From: Podarcis muralis
Lineage: Eukaryota
Direction of reading: 5' to 3'
Length of the DNA: 64,000 bases
Assembly: GCF_964188315.1 (NCBI RefSeq)
Contig: NC_135655.1
Span: 62,124,001-62,188,000 of the forward strand
Positions 37,315-49,878 of the stretch are shown piece after piece. The notes beneath the pieces are model-generated. The model was not told the origin of the DNA. It worked only from the letters and a program-made list of their open reading frames with translations, and ran no database searches. Both the position numbers and the translations under genes were made by a program. Numbering within the stretch: the first letter of the stretch is position 1; each line of letters opens with the position of its first letter.

Positions 37315-40300
37315 ATGTCATGGAATGTAGCTGGACTCTCATGTAAATTAGCTGATTCTGATTTTATAAATTTTCTTGAGTCTTATGATATAATACTTTT
37401 GCAGGAAACATGGTCTCTTAAACCTTTAAATATTCCTAATTTTATTACTTATAATCTACCCGCTACTAAAATGTCAACAAAAGGTCGTCCTAAAGCCGGT
37501 TTGATCTGTGGTATTAAACAGTCTTCTAACCTTAAAATTAATTATATCAGAAATATTGGACAGTATGCACAATTGTTATCATTTTCCATTGTTTACAGGG
37601 AAATTCTTCTTTTAAATATATATTTTCCTCCCGTAGAGTTGGAAACTAGACCAGATTATGGTTGGAATGTAGTCTCGGAAGAGTTGTATTTAATACGTAG
37701 TAAATCTCCAAATATCCCCCTGATTGTAATGGGAGACACCAATGCTCGAATTGGATCAGACAATACAGCTCTCTATAAACGCTATGTCTCAAATCTAGCT
37801 GAAGATGCCCCACTTCCATTGAGAATAGGGAGGAATTCAAAGGACATCATTATTAATAAAGCGGGAGGAAAACTTTTACAATTGGTTTTAGAATTTAATC
37901 TCTCATTCTTGAATGGCTCAATGTGGCCGGATATTCCAGGAAATTTTACTTTCAGCTCCAAAAGGGGTAGGAGCGTAATCGACTATTCTCTAGTTTCCGT
38001 TGAAATGTTAAATGAAGTTGCCTCTTTTACAGTTGTTCCTCGCTCAGAGAGTGACCACTTCCCAATAGTTTTAGAGATGTACAGGAACCCTAGAAATAAT
38101 GATATCTGTCCTCTTATTAGTATTGATAAGACCATTTATGCCAAAAGAATTTATATAAGTGATAAAAATAGGGAGGATCTATTAGCAGTATTTGAAAATA
38201 ACCCAGTTATTCTCGAATCTGTGGCTAACCAAAATTTGATGCCCTTGGAGGACAATGATTGTTATTATAAGACCATCCAGGAATTATTTTCTTCTTTTTT
38301 AGACCCTCACTTCAGCAACAAACCTTCAAATAAGTATAACTGGTTTGATAAAGATTGTATTAACTATAAGAAAGAACTTAGAACTTGTCTAAAAGAAGCC
38401 TATATTACCAACTATCAAGGTCTCTGGAAGACTTATTTTGAAATGAAAAGTGTATTTAAGAACATGCTCCTGGAAAAAAAATCTGAGTTCGCACTAGCCA
38501 AATGGTCTAAAATTGTTATTGCATTAGAAGTTAAAGATACCAAAACTTTTTGGTCACTTCTCTCAATAAAAGATATCACTGATTTCCCTAATATAAGCGA
38601 TGAGGCTTGGATTTCACATTTTACTGCTGTTTTTTATGATCACCAAGTTTGTAAAAAGGAAAATTTTAAATTTTCTCTGGCAAAAACCACACAATTTCAA
38701 ATTACTGTTGAGGAGATGAAAAGGATAATTCTCTCGTTTAAGCAAGGGAAGTCACCTGGTATGGACGGCATTCCAATAGACCTGTTGAGATTAGATGTAG
38801 AATGGTGGGCCATTAAACTTGTGCCGCTTTTTAATTCTATCTATCACTCAGCCCTCGTACCTAAATCGTGGAACAACTCAATAGTGGTACCGATCTTTAA
38901 AAAAGGTGATAGGAATTGCCAAGAGAATTACAGGCCTATAAGTTTGTTACCATGTATAAGTAAAATCTATGCCAAATCTCTGCTTATTAAATTGGAAGAA
39001 TGGATGCTGTCAAAAGGTCTACCTGGTAAAGAGCAGGCTGGTTTTAAGGCAGGCTCATCAACTCTGGACCAGTGTCTAGTGTTAAGTCACCTTGTGGATA
39101 AATATGTCATGAGAAATAAACGAAAACTCTTTGTGGCATTTGTGGATTTAAAAAGTGCCTTTGATTCGGTCGACCGCAACAAACTATGGACTAAACTAGA
39201 ACACCTTGGTATCGACCCATATCTACTTACACTGATTCAAAGTTTACATTCTAATAACCAAATATATGTTAAAGTATCAAAAGATGGTAGACTTGCAGGT
39301 CCTATTCTGAATAATCGAGGAGTTAGGCAAGGCTGTATCTTGGCCCCTACCCTATTTAATCTATTTTTATCTGACCTACCATTATTTCTTCAAAACGCAA
39401 CCACTCATACTCCTTATTTAAACAATAGCCCACTCTTTTTATTACTTTATGCAGATGATGCTGTAATTATTTCACTTTCTGTTTTGGGTTTAAAAAAATT
39501 ATTTAAGAGTTTCTCAAACTACTGCTCTCTCAATAATCTCAAAATTAATTATGACAAGACAAAGATTATGCAATTCAGAAAGAGAGGGAACCCAAAAGGC
39601 TGTATAATTAATGGACATCTAATACAGGAAGTTAAGCACTTCAATTATCTGGGAATCACATTCAAAAATAATATGAACTGGAATACACATATATGTGCTG
39701 CAATAGTTAAGGCCAAAGTGACAGCCCACCATATTAAATCCTACTTTTTTTCTCCAGTAGGAAACAGATTTATTCCAGCTGTATTGCAAGTGATTGACAT
39801 GAAACTTTGTGCCCAACTTTTATATGGCACACCAGTGTGGATTTTAGGTGACCTCAAGAGGTTGGATAAATTTCATGCATCCCTTCTGAGGTCATTATTA
39901 GGACTTGCAAATTCTGTAAAATATGAAACAATATGTTGTGAGCTGGGAATATTGCCTTTATCAGTAAGAGCATGGCTGAGGACCTTGAAATATTGGATCT
40001 TCCTCCATTATAGAGCCCTAGCCCCGAGTTCTCTACTTTACGATCTTTTAAGTGATAGTGTAACCTACAATCTATCATTGATTTGTAGGAGAAAACTTGA
40101 TTCGATAGGGCTCACTCTAACTGACTTTGTAATCTCTGATCCCAAAGATACATGGGAAATTATCAGGAAGACTCTTACAGAAAAAAGTGTTCTCGCCATG
40201 CTTGAGGTTGCAAAGCACAGCACCTGCTCTCCTATCCACTTAAATCTGCCTTTGTGTAGAGATTTCCAAAAGGGATATATGACAAATCTGAAGAAACATG

Positions 40301-40629
40301 AATCGTGTAGGCTGTTTATGTTGGCCAGATTTAACATGTTTCCCTCAGTGGTAGTGAGAGGAAGATACTTAGCTATCCCAGAATCAGAGCGTCTCTGCAA
40401 ATGCAGAAAACAGGAACCCGATACTCTAGAGCATATATTCTTTTCCTGTGATTTTGGCGGTTATGCCAGAAGACAATTATTTGAGGCCCTAAAATTTAAT
40501 AGACAGTCTTTTACACAACCAACTGTTCAGGACCTGCTGGCGGACAGCGATGATCAGATTACTTTAATAGTGGCTGAATTTTTAAGTGCTGTCCATGAAG
40601 AAAGAAAGGGCCATGATAAAGAGACTTAG
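37315..40629 (+). CDS. LINE ORF2 (1104 aa): APE endonuclease, reverse transcriptase and CCHC knuckle
   Basis: APE motifs SWNVAG, LQETW, NIYFPP, GDTNARIG, VIDY, SDHFP. RT motifs NYRPISLLP, EQAGFK, FVDLKSAFDSV, GVRQGC, YADD, YLGI. C-terminal CKCRKQEPDTLEHIFFSC. Confidence 0.97.
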   Translation: MSWNVAGLSCKLADSDFINFLESYDIILLQETWSLKPLNIPNFITYNLPATKMSTKGRPKAGLICGIKQSSNLKINYIRNIGQYAQLLSFSIVYREILLLNIYFPPVELETRPDYGWNVVSEELYLIRSKSPNIPLIVMGDTNARIGSDNTALYKRYVSNLAEDAPLPLRIGRNSKDIIINKAGGKLLQLVLEFNLSFLNGSMWPDIPGNFTFSSKRGRSVIDYSLVSVEMLNEVASFTVVPRSESDHFPIVLEMYRNPRNNDICPLISIDKTIYAKRIYISDKNREDLLAVFENNPVILESVANQNLMPLEDNDCYYKTIQELFSSFLDPHFSNKPSNKYNWFDKDCINYKKELRTCLKEAYITNYQGLWKTYFEMKSVFKNMLLEKKSEFALAKWSKIVIALEVKDTKTFWSLLSIKDITDFPNISDEAWISHFTAVFYDHQVCKKENFKFSLAKTTQFQITVEEMKRIILSFKQGKSPGMDGIPIDLLRLDVEWWAIKLVPLFNSIYHSALVPKSWNNSIVVPIFKKGDRNCQENYRPISLLPCISKIYAKSLLIKLEEWMLSKGLPGKEQAGFKAGSSTLDQCLVLSHLVDKYVMRNKRKLFVAFVDLKSAFDSVDRNKLWTKLEHLGIDPYLLTLIQSLHSNNQIYVKVSKDGRLAGPILNNRGVRQGCILAPTLFNLFLSDLPLFLQNATTHTPYLNNSPLFLLLYADDAVIISLSVLGLKKLFKSFSNYCSLNNLKINYDKTKIMQFRKRGNPKGCIINGHLIQEVKHFNYLGITFKNNMNWNTHICAAIVKAKVTAHHIKSYFFSPVGNRFIPAVLQVIDMKLCAQLLYGTPVWILGDLKRLDKFHASLLRSLLGLANSVKYETICCELGILPLSVRAWLRTLKYWIFLHYRALAPSSLLYDLLSDSVTYNLSLICRRKLDSIGLTLTDFVISDPKDTWEIIRKTLTEKSVLAMLEVAKHSTCSPIHLNLPLCRDFQKGYMTNLKKHESCRLFMLARFNMFPSVVVRGRYLAIPESERLCKCRKQEPDTLEHIFFSCDFGGYARRQLFEALKFNRQSFTQPTVQDLLADSDDQITLIVAEFLSAVHEERKGHDKET

Positions 40630-41119
40630 TGGTACTTAATGGTAGGTGATGTTGCTGTGCTGTATTATATTATCTATGTACATAGATTTATTTCTTGGAG
40701 TTAAGAATAGGTCTGAGATAAATTGTGTTCGCTGAGCCTGTATTTTATACAGTCTGTATATGATGTTTGCTTGATAATGTGTGGTGTGCTATGCCTAATA
40801 AAGGATTTTGAATTTGAATTTATAAACATTGTTAGCAGTGCTGGAAGTTCCTCCTCTTTCTGATGATTTTCCAGCACTCCCTAGCAAAAGGAATCGGTTA
40901 TACATTTACACTGAGCTTTCATTCCTTCACTCTCAATTGCCCAATTGCCCTTAGTGGAATCATCACTTGGCCAAATCTGATTGGCTACGTCATGTTGTGA
41001 TGCCATTCCATTCGTTATGTGATTCCTCATGGCATGGAATGTCAATGCAGCTAATTGCAGAAGGAGGGAAATGTAGCAGATTGGGATTTTAAAAACTAGC
41101 ACTGGTGCAGCAGTTAGCA

Positions 41120-41745
41120 GAAATGGAGGCAGTGAGAGATTTTACTTTCTTGGGCTCCATGATCACTGCGGATGGTGACAGCAGTCACGAAATTAAAAGA
41201 CGCCTGCTCTTTGGGAGAAAGGCGATGGCAAACCTAGACAGTATCTTAAAAAGCAGAGACATCACCTTGCCAACAAAGGTCCGTATAGTTAAAGCCATGG
41301 TTTTCCCAGTAGTGACGTATGGAAGTGAGAGCTGGACCATAAAGAAGGCTGATCGCCGAAGAATTGATGCTTTTGAATTATGGTGCTGGAGGAGACTCTT
41401 GAGAGTCCCATGGACTGCAAGAAAATCAAACCTATCCATTCTTAAGGAAATCAGCCCTGAGTGCTCACTGGAAGGACAGATCCTGAAGCTGAGACTCTAA
41501 TACTTTGGCCACCTCATGAGAAGAAAAGACTCCCTGGAAAAGACCCTGATGTTGGGAAAGATTGAGGGCACAAGGAGAAGGGGACGACAGAGGACGAGAT
41601 GGTTGGACAGTGTTCTCGAAGCTACCAACATGAGTCTAACCAAACTGCGGGAGGCCGTAGAAGAGAGGAGTGCCTGGCATGCTCTGGTACATGGGGTCAT
41701 GAAGAGTCGGACATGACTAAATGACTAAACAACAACCAACAACAA
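41120..41745 (+). mobile_element. Bov-B LINE 3' fragment with a nonsense change
   Basis: EMEAVRDFTFLGS...LKLRL* (TAA at 41498-41500 where the other copies read CAA/CAG), (CAA)n tail. Confidence 0.95.
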
Positions 41746-44268
41746 GTGCCTGAAAGTTGAAAAAGGAGAGCGTATTCACTCAAAGTGGTGTTTTTTGGGG
41801 GGGATTCCAACTCTGAAATTGCTGAAAATGGAGGATTTTTAGTGCAACTTTAATTTTCATGTGAATAGGGAATGTGCAAAGCTTTCAGAATTCTGTCTCT
41901 CCCCCTCCCGCCGCGAGCTACAGTTTCTCAGCCCGATGAACCCTCCACTTGTGGAAGAACTGATGTATTGTATGGGTATGAATGCACATGTGTTTTTGCA
42001 ATCAGCTAGTAAAGTTTGCACTGTGCTAAAGGTCCAACTCTCTGAAAGGTGATACCTACACTGAGATTCACTGAACCAAATGTTCTCGAGGCTACTCTAA
42101 CATAAAACTTTGCAGTAATGATTAAAAAACAATAAATGTGAACTTGACTTAAATGGAATAACTCTATCTACATCATGCAGAAAGGAACATCACTGCACAT
42201 CTGCAAGAGAGACCAAAGGCTCCCCCACCCCTCCTTTCCTAATGACGTCAAACCTGCATTACTATGGCTTGTTTGCAAACTATTGCAATCTTGCCACCCA
42301 GCTTTGCAAGATCTAATCAGGTTGCCCTGACATCTTGAGGTTCACATGGTTGAAAATATAATGCTCGTAAATAACATTGTTAACATTCCAACGTGTGGAT
42401 TTTGATCCCCAAACCCAGGCTTCCCAATCCCTTTTATGCACAGTTGAGAAGCAGATTTTTTTCTCCTGATGCTTACCAAGGGATTAATAATGCAAAACCT
42501 GGCAAGGAAACTGCTGTCTGAAAGCTGGAACTGATATCACTTGATGTAATCCAGATATTAAAATTCCTGGTGTAATTTTCCCCCCGCCCCAAACCATCAT
42601 ACGTCATAGCTTGATAAACAATGCAGATCCAGGGACATTTGTAATTCTTTGCAACCACAGAAAATCACGTGCTCCGCACTTCCGTTTGAAGTAAAAATAA
42701 TTCAGACTCCATTTAGAAGTAACCAGATACGATGTTTAAATCATCAGCCTTATGGAACTTTCAATCCTGGAAAAAGTGGTTTAAGTTTTTTCTCTTTTTT
42801 TCTTTTAAAGAGATATTTTATATTCTCTTTTGCATGCCATCCAAGCTTCTGTCTATTGTGGATTGAATCTGATCAAGACTGTATTGACACCGTGTCTTTG
42901 AGGAGCATATAATTAATACCTTGCAGTTCTGGGAAATAAAGTTGTTTTGAGCATGATCATGCTGGAATCTTTCTTATGTACAGACTACCTGTACTTAATC
43001 CTGCCAAACTGAAGCACTTTTACATCCCATTAATTTTAATAAAAGTGCTAAGCTCATTGAAATCAATGGAGCTTTAAAATGCTTGACTTTTGCTGGATGT
43101 TGCTTACAGTGAGCTGTATCTGTTTATAATTATCTTTAAAAAATAGATGGTTGCATTCATTTACATCAACGGCAAATTTGTCTGGGTTTGCAAGATTTAT
43201 TGCTTCATGTTTTGGGGGTTTAAAACCAATTTCTAAAAGAATTTTCCAAGAACTGAACATCATCCACTACTTAATGCTCATGTTTGACTTGCTCAGCTGC
43301 CAATATATACTAGCTAACCAATTTGAAAGACCTTCAATTCTCTACCCTCAGCTCAGCCAATGCATTAGAACAACGTGTCAGAACAGGGAGCCAATTTAAT
43401 ATCATTTTGTCTCATTACTTTTCATATGAAACCATCACTTGACATGTAAATTAACCCAATTTTAGGGCTCGCCAGCATGTGCAAATATGCCTATCCATTT
43501 CTATTGCTGAATTTCACAGAGATGGAAGTTCATGGCCTGTTTTATACGGTAAGTTACTCTCGTTGTTACAGCCCTTTGTTACTCTCTTTCCCATTGTTGC
43601 AAACTGCATGCAATTAGGAAACATGAAGCATACCCCTAAACGACTGGGTGTGGCCCCCAGGGAGAACACTTCTTCAGACTTCTAGAGACAAAACAAGACA
43701 GCTTCCCTTTAAAACCAGGAGACAAAAGGAAATTCCACAAATTCCTAGAGCAATTGTTTTCATGGCCTAATTGTTCCAGCAGCTGAAGTTTTCCTATTAT
43801 ATATCCATGAATCTAACGACTAAAATATATAATACAACAACCATACCATATGGATACAATACATTCACTTAGCTGGTCCTGTCTCTAAAAATTAAAGCAT
43901 GATCTCTGTACCTCCATGGAAAACCATGAAAATGGCCCAGATTTTCTGCAGGCACATTGTGAGGGTGTGCGTAGTGGAGATTGGCCCAGTAGGATAAATG
44001 GGGCAGTGTTCCACCAAACCCAATCTCAAGGTCATAATACATGCCATTCATTCCACTCCTGTCTGAAACCCTAGAATGCTGCTACCTCTCATGGTAGACA
44101 GTACTAAACTAGAGGGACCAGTGGTCTGACTTCTAATAAGGCAGCTCCCTTTGATCCTTCAGTTTCCCCTTCTCAGTGAGTCTGTCTCCTCGCTCCTGCA
44201 GGACCAAGGAACGCTTGTCCATGAACCCCTTGATGGGATGTAGACTCTCAACAGATGCCCAAGCATCC

Positions 44269-44628
44269 CAGACCCTCCAAGCGCCCCTATTTTCCAGGGA
44301 TAGTCCCAGATTTACAGAAGCCATCCTGGTTTCTGATCTGATCCCAGAATATCCCACTTTTCCTTATCCCACTTTCCCTATTTTCATTGGAGGAATGTTG
44401 GAGGGTATGGAGTTATGTGACCCCTGAGCCAAGGAGATAAGTAACTATATCACTTTCAGAAGATGTCTGAAGGCAGCCCTGTATTATTATTTTTTAATTT
44501 TTAATGTATTATTATGTTTTATACATGTTGAAAGGCACCCGAAATGGGCAGAGTATAGTCATCATCATACTATCATCATCATGGAATAGGACATCCCTAT
44601 TTTCATTGGAGAAATGATGGAAGGCATG
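44269..44628. mobile_element. hAT-like MITE with a duplicated right end
   Basis: cagaccctccaa left end; ccctattttcattggaggaatgttggagggtatg (~44376) repeated as ccctattttcattggagaaatgatggaaggcatg (~44595). Confidence 0.45.
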
Positions 44629-44836
44629 GCAAGGGTCATTAGTTTAGGTAGCACTTTTAAAAGATTAGAGAAAACCGCTCCACTTCCTGGTGGGACGGTG
44701 TTGCGGGCAGGCCACATGGCCTCTCGCACACAGCAGGGGCTGGACTTAGCCCCCGCGTCATTGGAGAGTCCCCAGCTGCGTCACGGCCCCCAGCCAGCCA
44801 GTCCAGTTGGCCGGGGGGCATGGCTTGGCACATTGA

Positions 44837-44839
<3 letters not shown>

Positions 44840-44867
<28 letters not shown>
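44840..44867. repeat. (GA)n microsatellite
   Basis: Direct reading. Confidence 0.9.
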
Positions 44868-44871
<4 letters not shown>

Positions 44872-46226
44872 CTTATATGCTACTTTTCCACAATGAATGA
44901 CTGCTAGCAGGGACAGAAATAATGCTTTTGCGTTCAGATACCATTTACGTCTGGGTGAAAGGCAGAATCACTGAACTAGACCAAGCTTTGCTTTGCTTTG
45001 CTCTAACCCAGTACAGCAATCTTCGTGTACTTAGTGCATAAAAATCTCTCTTGTCAACATCTGCTGCTGTTGATCTGACTCAGTATGAGGCAGCTTCCCT
45101 ATGTCCCTAAAGAAAAAGTGGTGCACAGGAACTCTCTCAGTGGGTGAAGAACTATCCAGTCCCTGAATGTCTCAGCCTTCACAGTCAGGGACCCAGTGGG
45201 GAAGGGAGAGATCTCTGCACACAGAATGCAAAGTGAAGGCATTGTGCCTTGGTGGTCTCTGCATTATGTGGGTGCTTTCCCCCTCTCCTTCCTCCACCTG
45301 TCATGAGGACAGACATTTTGCTAGCCCATAAAATTTGCACATGTCTTGTTCCGCTTTTGCCAAACCTTCCTCCGAGACTATCAGAACAGGTATGTATGTA
45401 ATAAGGAGGATGCCTTTGTGCATTTTATCGGCCGTGCCATGATAAGGATCCCACTAGGGTTTCAGCATCATTGTTGGGAAGAAATGTAGATCGGGAGCTC
45501 TAAATCATAGCAGAGCTTTGGCAAATGACAGTGGAATCAGCATCTGCTTGATGTAAGACTGGCCAATAGATTTTTTTTCCCCTGTACAATTGTTCACAGA
45601 TGATTTGGTGGGAGACGGCAAAGTTATTCAGCTGTTGCCTTGCCAGAGGCTGGCTCAAAATGAAACAATCAGGTGCTGCGAACCCTGGAAAACTGGAACA
45701 TGTGACAGGTTCTTGTGTCCAGAAGGATTTTCCTCTTCTCTCCTGTCTCCAGACTCATTTTGTAATTTGATTTATAGCAGGTCGCTTCATCCAGCAACTT
45801 CTGGTCCTGCAAAATAATGGATCTTACTGATCTAAAAATGAAAGCCATGGCTACAGCTATATTGGCACAAGCATCTGATCTGTGGACTGAAAACTGTGGG
45901 TGTGTTCATCACATCCCTTCCACGACGGCCTGCTCAAATCTTCTCTTTTTGTTTCATTAGGAGTTTGGATTGACTCCACCGCCCTGCTCTGTTCATACAA
46001 AGGCTTACTGTTCTCACGCAATCCATTTACCCCATTACATGTAGGAGGCTTCAAACTTGTAAGCGCCAACATTCAAGAGCAATTCCAGTTCATGCGACTT
46101 TGCATGGTCTGCAAAGAGGACCAATGCAAAAAGTAAGAGGGCTGAATTCCACAGATGCCACATTTTGTAATTCGAGCACTGAAAATAGGTACTAGTTTTT
46201 CAGATTTTGTGATGTAATACTGTTGC

Positions 46227-46227
<1 letters not shown>

Positions 46228-46263
<36 letters not shown>
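46228..46263. repeat. (TG)n microsatellite
   Basis: Direct reading. Confidence 0.95.
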
Positions 46264-46265
<2 letters not shown>

Positions 46266-46289
46266 TCCCCCTAAAGAAAACCTAAATTT

Positions 46290-46535
46290 ATTGGGCTATG
46301 TTCAAGGTTCTTGTACTAGTATACAAAGCCTTACCCTGTATACCATATTGGGGAAAGCACTATTAGTGGTTTCCTATGAGCCAAACGCACGACTCACGTC
46401 AATGAGGAGTCATGCCTTTAGTTTTGTGGGTCCAACTCTGTGGAACTCCTACAAGAAGTGAGGCAGACACCATCCCTACTGAGTTTCAGGTGCCTCGTCA
46501 AAACTGTTTTATTTCAGGAAGCCTTTGCACCCTGA
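46290..46535 (+). mobile_element. L2 LINE 3' fragment
   Basis: gttcaaggttcttgtactagtatacaaagcctt (FKVLVLVYKAL); RSHAFSFVGPTLWNS. Confidence 0.7.
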
Positions 46536-47542
46536 AAGATAAGCCCGACAGGGCTTCCGTGGCTTCTGATTGGCTGCAGGAGCTTCCTGCATCAGGTACA
46601 TCAGGTATGCAAAAGTGGCTCACCAGGCAGGCCTGAGTCACTTCCCAGCAGAAGGGGCAAGGCAGTTCAGAGGGTGGTGCGGTGCAAATGAACTGGCAAA
46701 GCCACTACAACATTCCTGCTGTTGCATTGCCACCACACCAACCTCCCCAGACTTCCCCTCTCCCTCTTGGTAAGCAACCACCTGCAAGGATGGGGTGTGA
46801 CCTTGTGACTGGGGTGGATGAGGGGGTGACATTAAAAGGTTGAGGAACAAAATAACTACAACAGTTTTGTTCTACAAATAGCACAAAGTAGCTATATATA
46901 TTTACAATCTTATATGTATGAATGCTTGTTTTTGTTTTTAAAAAAAGTTGGAGGAACTAAATCAGCCATCATTTTTATTAGGGCTCTCTTGAGAACAATA
47001 TAATTCTCCTATTACATGTATGAAAAATAGCCAGCTTCTGAGAGAGAGTTGTGTATACTACCATTATTTATTTCCAGATTGGCGTGCCTTCCTTCATGAT
47101 CACTTTGTTGCTGGACTCCTTTACATTAATTGCCTTTAATTTCATTCTCACTGAAGAAAAGGCTGGCTGCTTAGCTTCCAATGTGTACATCTGCACATGT
47201 AGCTTGGGGTTTGGCCAGCATTATTTGCATTCGTCCAAACCAAAACTGCATATAATGGGCCATTCGGATTCAGATTCCAAAGTAAAACTCATGCTGTTCA
47301 CTGGGCTTTTGCTAAAACATTTGGGCTCCATTGCAACAAATCGAAACAGTGTTGTAAAGATGAAGAGCTGATAGCAAAAGAACTTTTTTATTGCTTTCTG
47401 TTATGAATTTGTAAAACACTGGTGAGAACGAAGGAACATATTAATTAGGCTAGAGCTGCCTCTGAGACAAAAGATCTTAGAACTTTTACAGGAGTCCCTA
47501 GAGTTAAAAGTAGTGCCATAAGTGTGGCCCATTACCATTACC

Positions 47543-47689
47543 CAGTGCTTTTTTCCTAGGGGTACACAGGGGTAGGCATACCCCTAAACATTTTGTCCAT
47601 TTACTGGACAAATTTGAACTATAAAATGGTGATTTTCTTGAGTCAAAATGAGAGTACCCCTAAACATTTTTTTAGGGGGGAAAGCACTG
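47543..47689. mobile_element. hAT MITE
   Basis: TIR CAGTGCTTT / AAAGCACTG, perfect 8-bp TSD CCATTACC. Confidence 0.9.
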
Positions 47690-49878
47690 CCATTACCTAA
47701 TGCAAGTCTATTGACCCTTATTCTGGATGTGCAGGTTAATAGAAATATGAACTATCCTGTAGTAACTTCTCATGCACCAAGTACCACGACCATCCACCTT
47801 CCTTGAACTGACAAGACATCACTAGCGGTTTCAGACCACTGAGCAGCATACTGTGTGACATTCATACTCTCTTGCACAGCGATTCCATTGAGCTGGGGAG
47901 CAAGCAGGGGAGTTCACATTACCACATCCTGGCTATCACCTAGAAATGTGGGGGTGGTGAGACTGTGCAAAGAGAAGATCAGCTCCATCATATAACTCGA
48001 CACCCCCCCCCCCCCCAGATTTAGAACATTGACGGGGACCACAAGTAGTTCTGATGCCCACAATCATGGACTGGATGGACAAACAGAGGTGATGCAGCAG
48101 CCATGCTTGGCAGATTACCATGAGAAGAAAATATTAAATTTAATATTTGCAGCATTAAACCCAAATATTCATTAAACCCCTCAATCCATGGATCTATCCA
48201 ATAAATCTCCCCTTTCTCTTTGCCACCAGATGACTATTTGGATTGGGTTGCTAAGCAGCTGGTAAATAAATGTAACAATGGCTCTATATCAAATTTGCGC
48301 TCTGTCAAACTGGAGTCAAACTTGGCCATCTTGAAAGGTGGTAAAATCTGAAGTCTTGCCCAGTGGTGGTAGAATTAGATTGACTGCCAAAACTGTGGTG
48401 AATATGAGCCTTTTGAGATCATAGTCAGGTGATATGCCACACAAAATTGTTAGTACATGAGGAATGATGTTGACCACAAAGAATAAACATGTTACCGCTA
48501 ACATTCAGAGCACAACTATGAATGCCAACCATATAATTTATCCTCGAAGCACCCTACATTTTCAGAGTCTCTAAAGATGCTAGTGGGGTTTACTTATGAA
48601 TTAACAAGCACAAAGAATGAAGCATGAATTTAATTTATAGAAATGTTGGGCAAGGCAAGAAGAGTAAGTTCTGTAGCTGCATTCAGGCAGCACTTTCTTC
48701 CATTTTCATTACATTTCCTCCCCTGGTAATTTCTACAGTTTATGTGAATTTTCACACAAAGGAAAAGTCACTTATTGAGATCTGGTGGAATCTAGACCCA
48801 ATCATGTACTTCTATGGAAATGCTAATTGAAAGGCTTGCCTTGTCAGTGTTCTTGAATGATGTTGTCACAGTGTTTTTAAATCCAGAGAGTAAGCCAAAC
48901 TTCAGAGTGTTCAATAGATTCAGGTCAGGGAGAAAAACATTTCTCTCTCCCATTCACCACCTATTCCACACAAACAATCCTCCACATGTCAACTCAGAAG
49001 AATTGGACTTAGGTCACAATTCTAACCATGTCTACTCAGAAATAAGTCCCATTGAATTAAATGAGGCTTACTCTAAAATTAGTGAGGATTCAATAGCAGC
49101 CTTACTCTTGGGATTTGCACTTTTCCGCTGTCTTTCTGGTTTTTACTACTACAACGGAGAAATCAGACAGGCCATGGTGGAGATAAACAACTTAAAATTG
49201 GATCAGAGATTTACTTTGGCAAAGCCAAAAGGTTCTCTGAAGATTGTATCGCAGGTGTTTTCCCAAAGTATTTCATCCACTAAGATTCAGAAAGAATGAC
49301 ATTATGTCTTTGCACTCCCCCAGACAAGTTTTGTGCCAGTTTGTTCCCTCAGTACAGTTCTATGCCAACAACTGAATTAGCTGCAAATTTGCTTGTTCAG
49401 CAAAAGTCCTTGATTTCTTAGTTATTTCCTTTAAGTGCCAAATAGCAATCTTCTTTTTTTTTTTTTGGAAAGCAGACATTGTGAACCATTGTTCCTGCCT
49501 GATAGACTAGACAGAGAAAGGATCAAGCAGAGGCTAGTGTGTACAATAGAGAAGACACAAGTCCTCTTTATGAACCTGCCACAGATACGGCTTTATCTGT
49601 CAAAGCTATGAGGATAAAATATGCAAAAGCAATGAAATCCTTTGACCTTTGTGTGAGTGTCACAGCCTCATACTTTTGACTCCACTGCACATGGTCTGTA
49701 AAAATGAATAGGATTTGCATAGAACAACTAGCAGCCCATAAATTGATCACTTGAGAGAAGTGCTGTAAGATGCAGGTATTTTGCAAGGTTTAATGTTGCA
49801 TCTCTCTTTGAATTTGGATGTCATGTCCAGCAATGCTTAGGTATTTATATTCCTGTTAACTATGAAGCTCTTGCTGTT

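Larger units (their letters stand above)
34501..40818 (+). mobile_element. Full-length non-LTR retrotransposon, most like the RTE-X clade
   Basis: TSD (ATT)TATAAACATTGT at 34486-34500 and 40818-40832. 5' end GGGGGAAAGATGGC. Two long ORFs. 3' UTR with AATAAA and a short TTTGAA-repeat tail. Clade call is from motif style (SWNVAG, GVRQGC.LAP, C-terminal CCHC), not a phylogeny. Confidence 0.9.

Noticed and set aside
42243-42250. Isolated CRE palindrome TGACGTCA (and a YY1-like AAGATGGC near 6128)
   Set aside because: Single short motifs without supporting context; expected by chance in 64 kb.
48814-49299. 161-aa ORF with a protein-like end (MVEINNLKLDQRFTLAKPKGSLKIVSQ)
   Set aside because: It runs through a palindromic repeat at ~49010-49100, has a weak donor and no recognisable homology.
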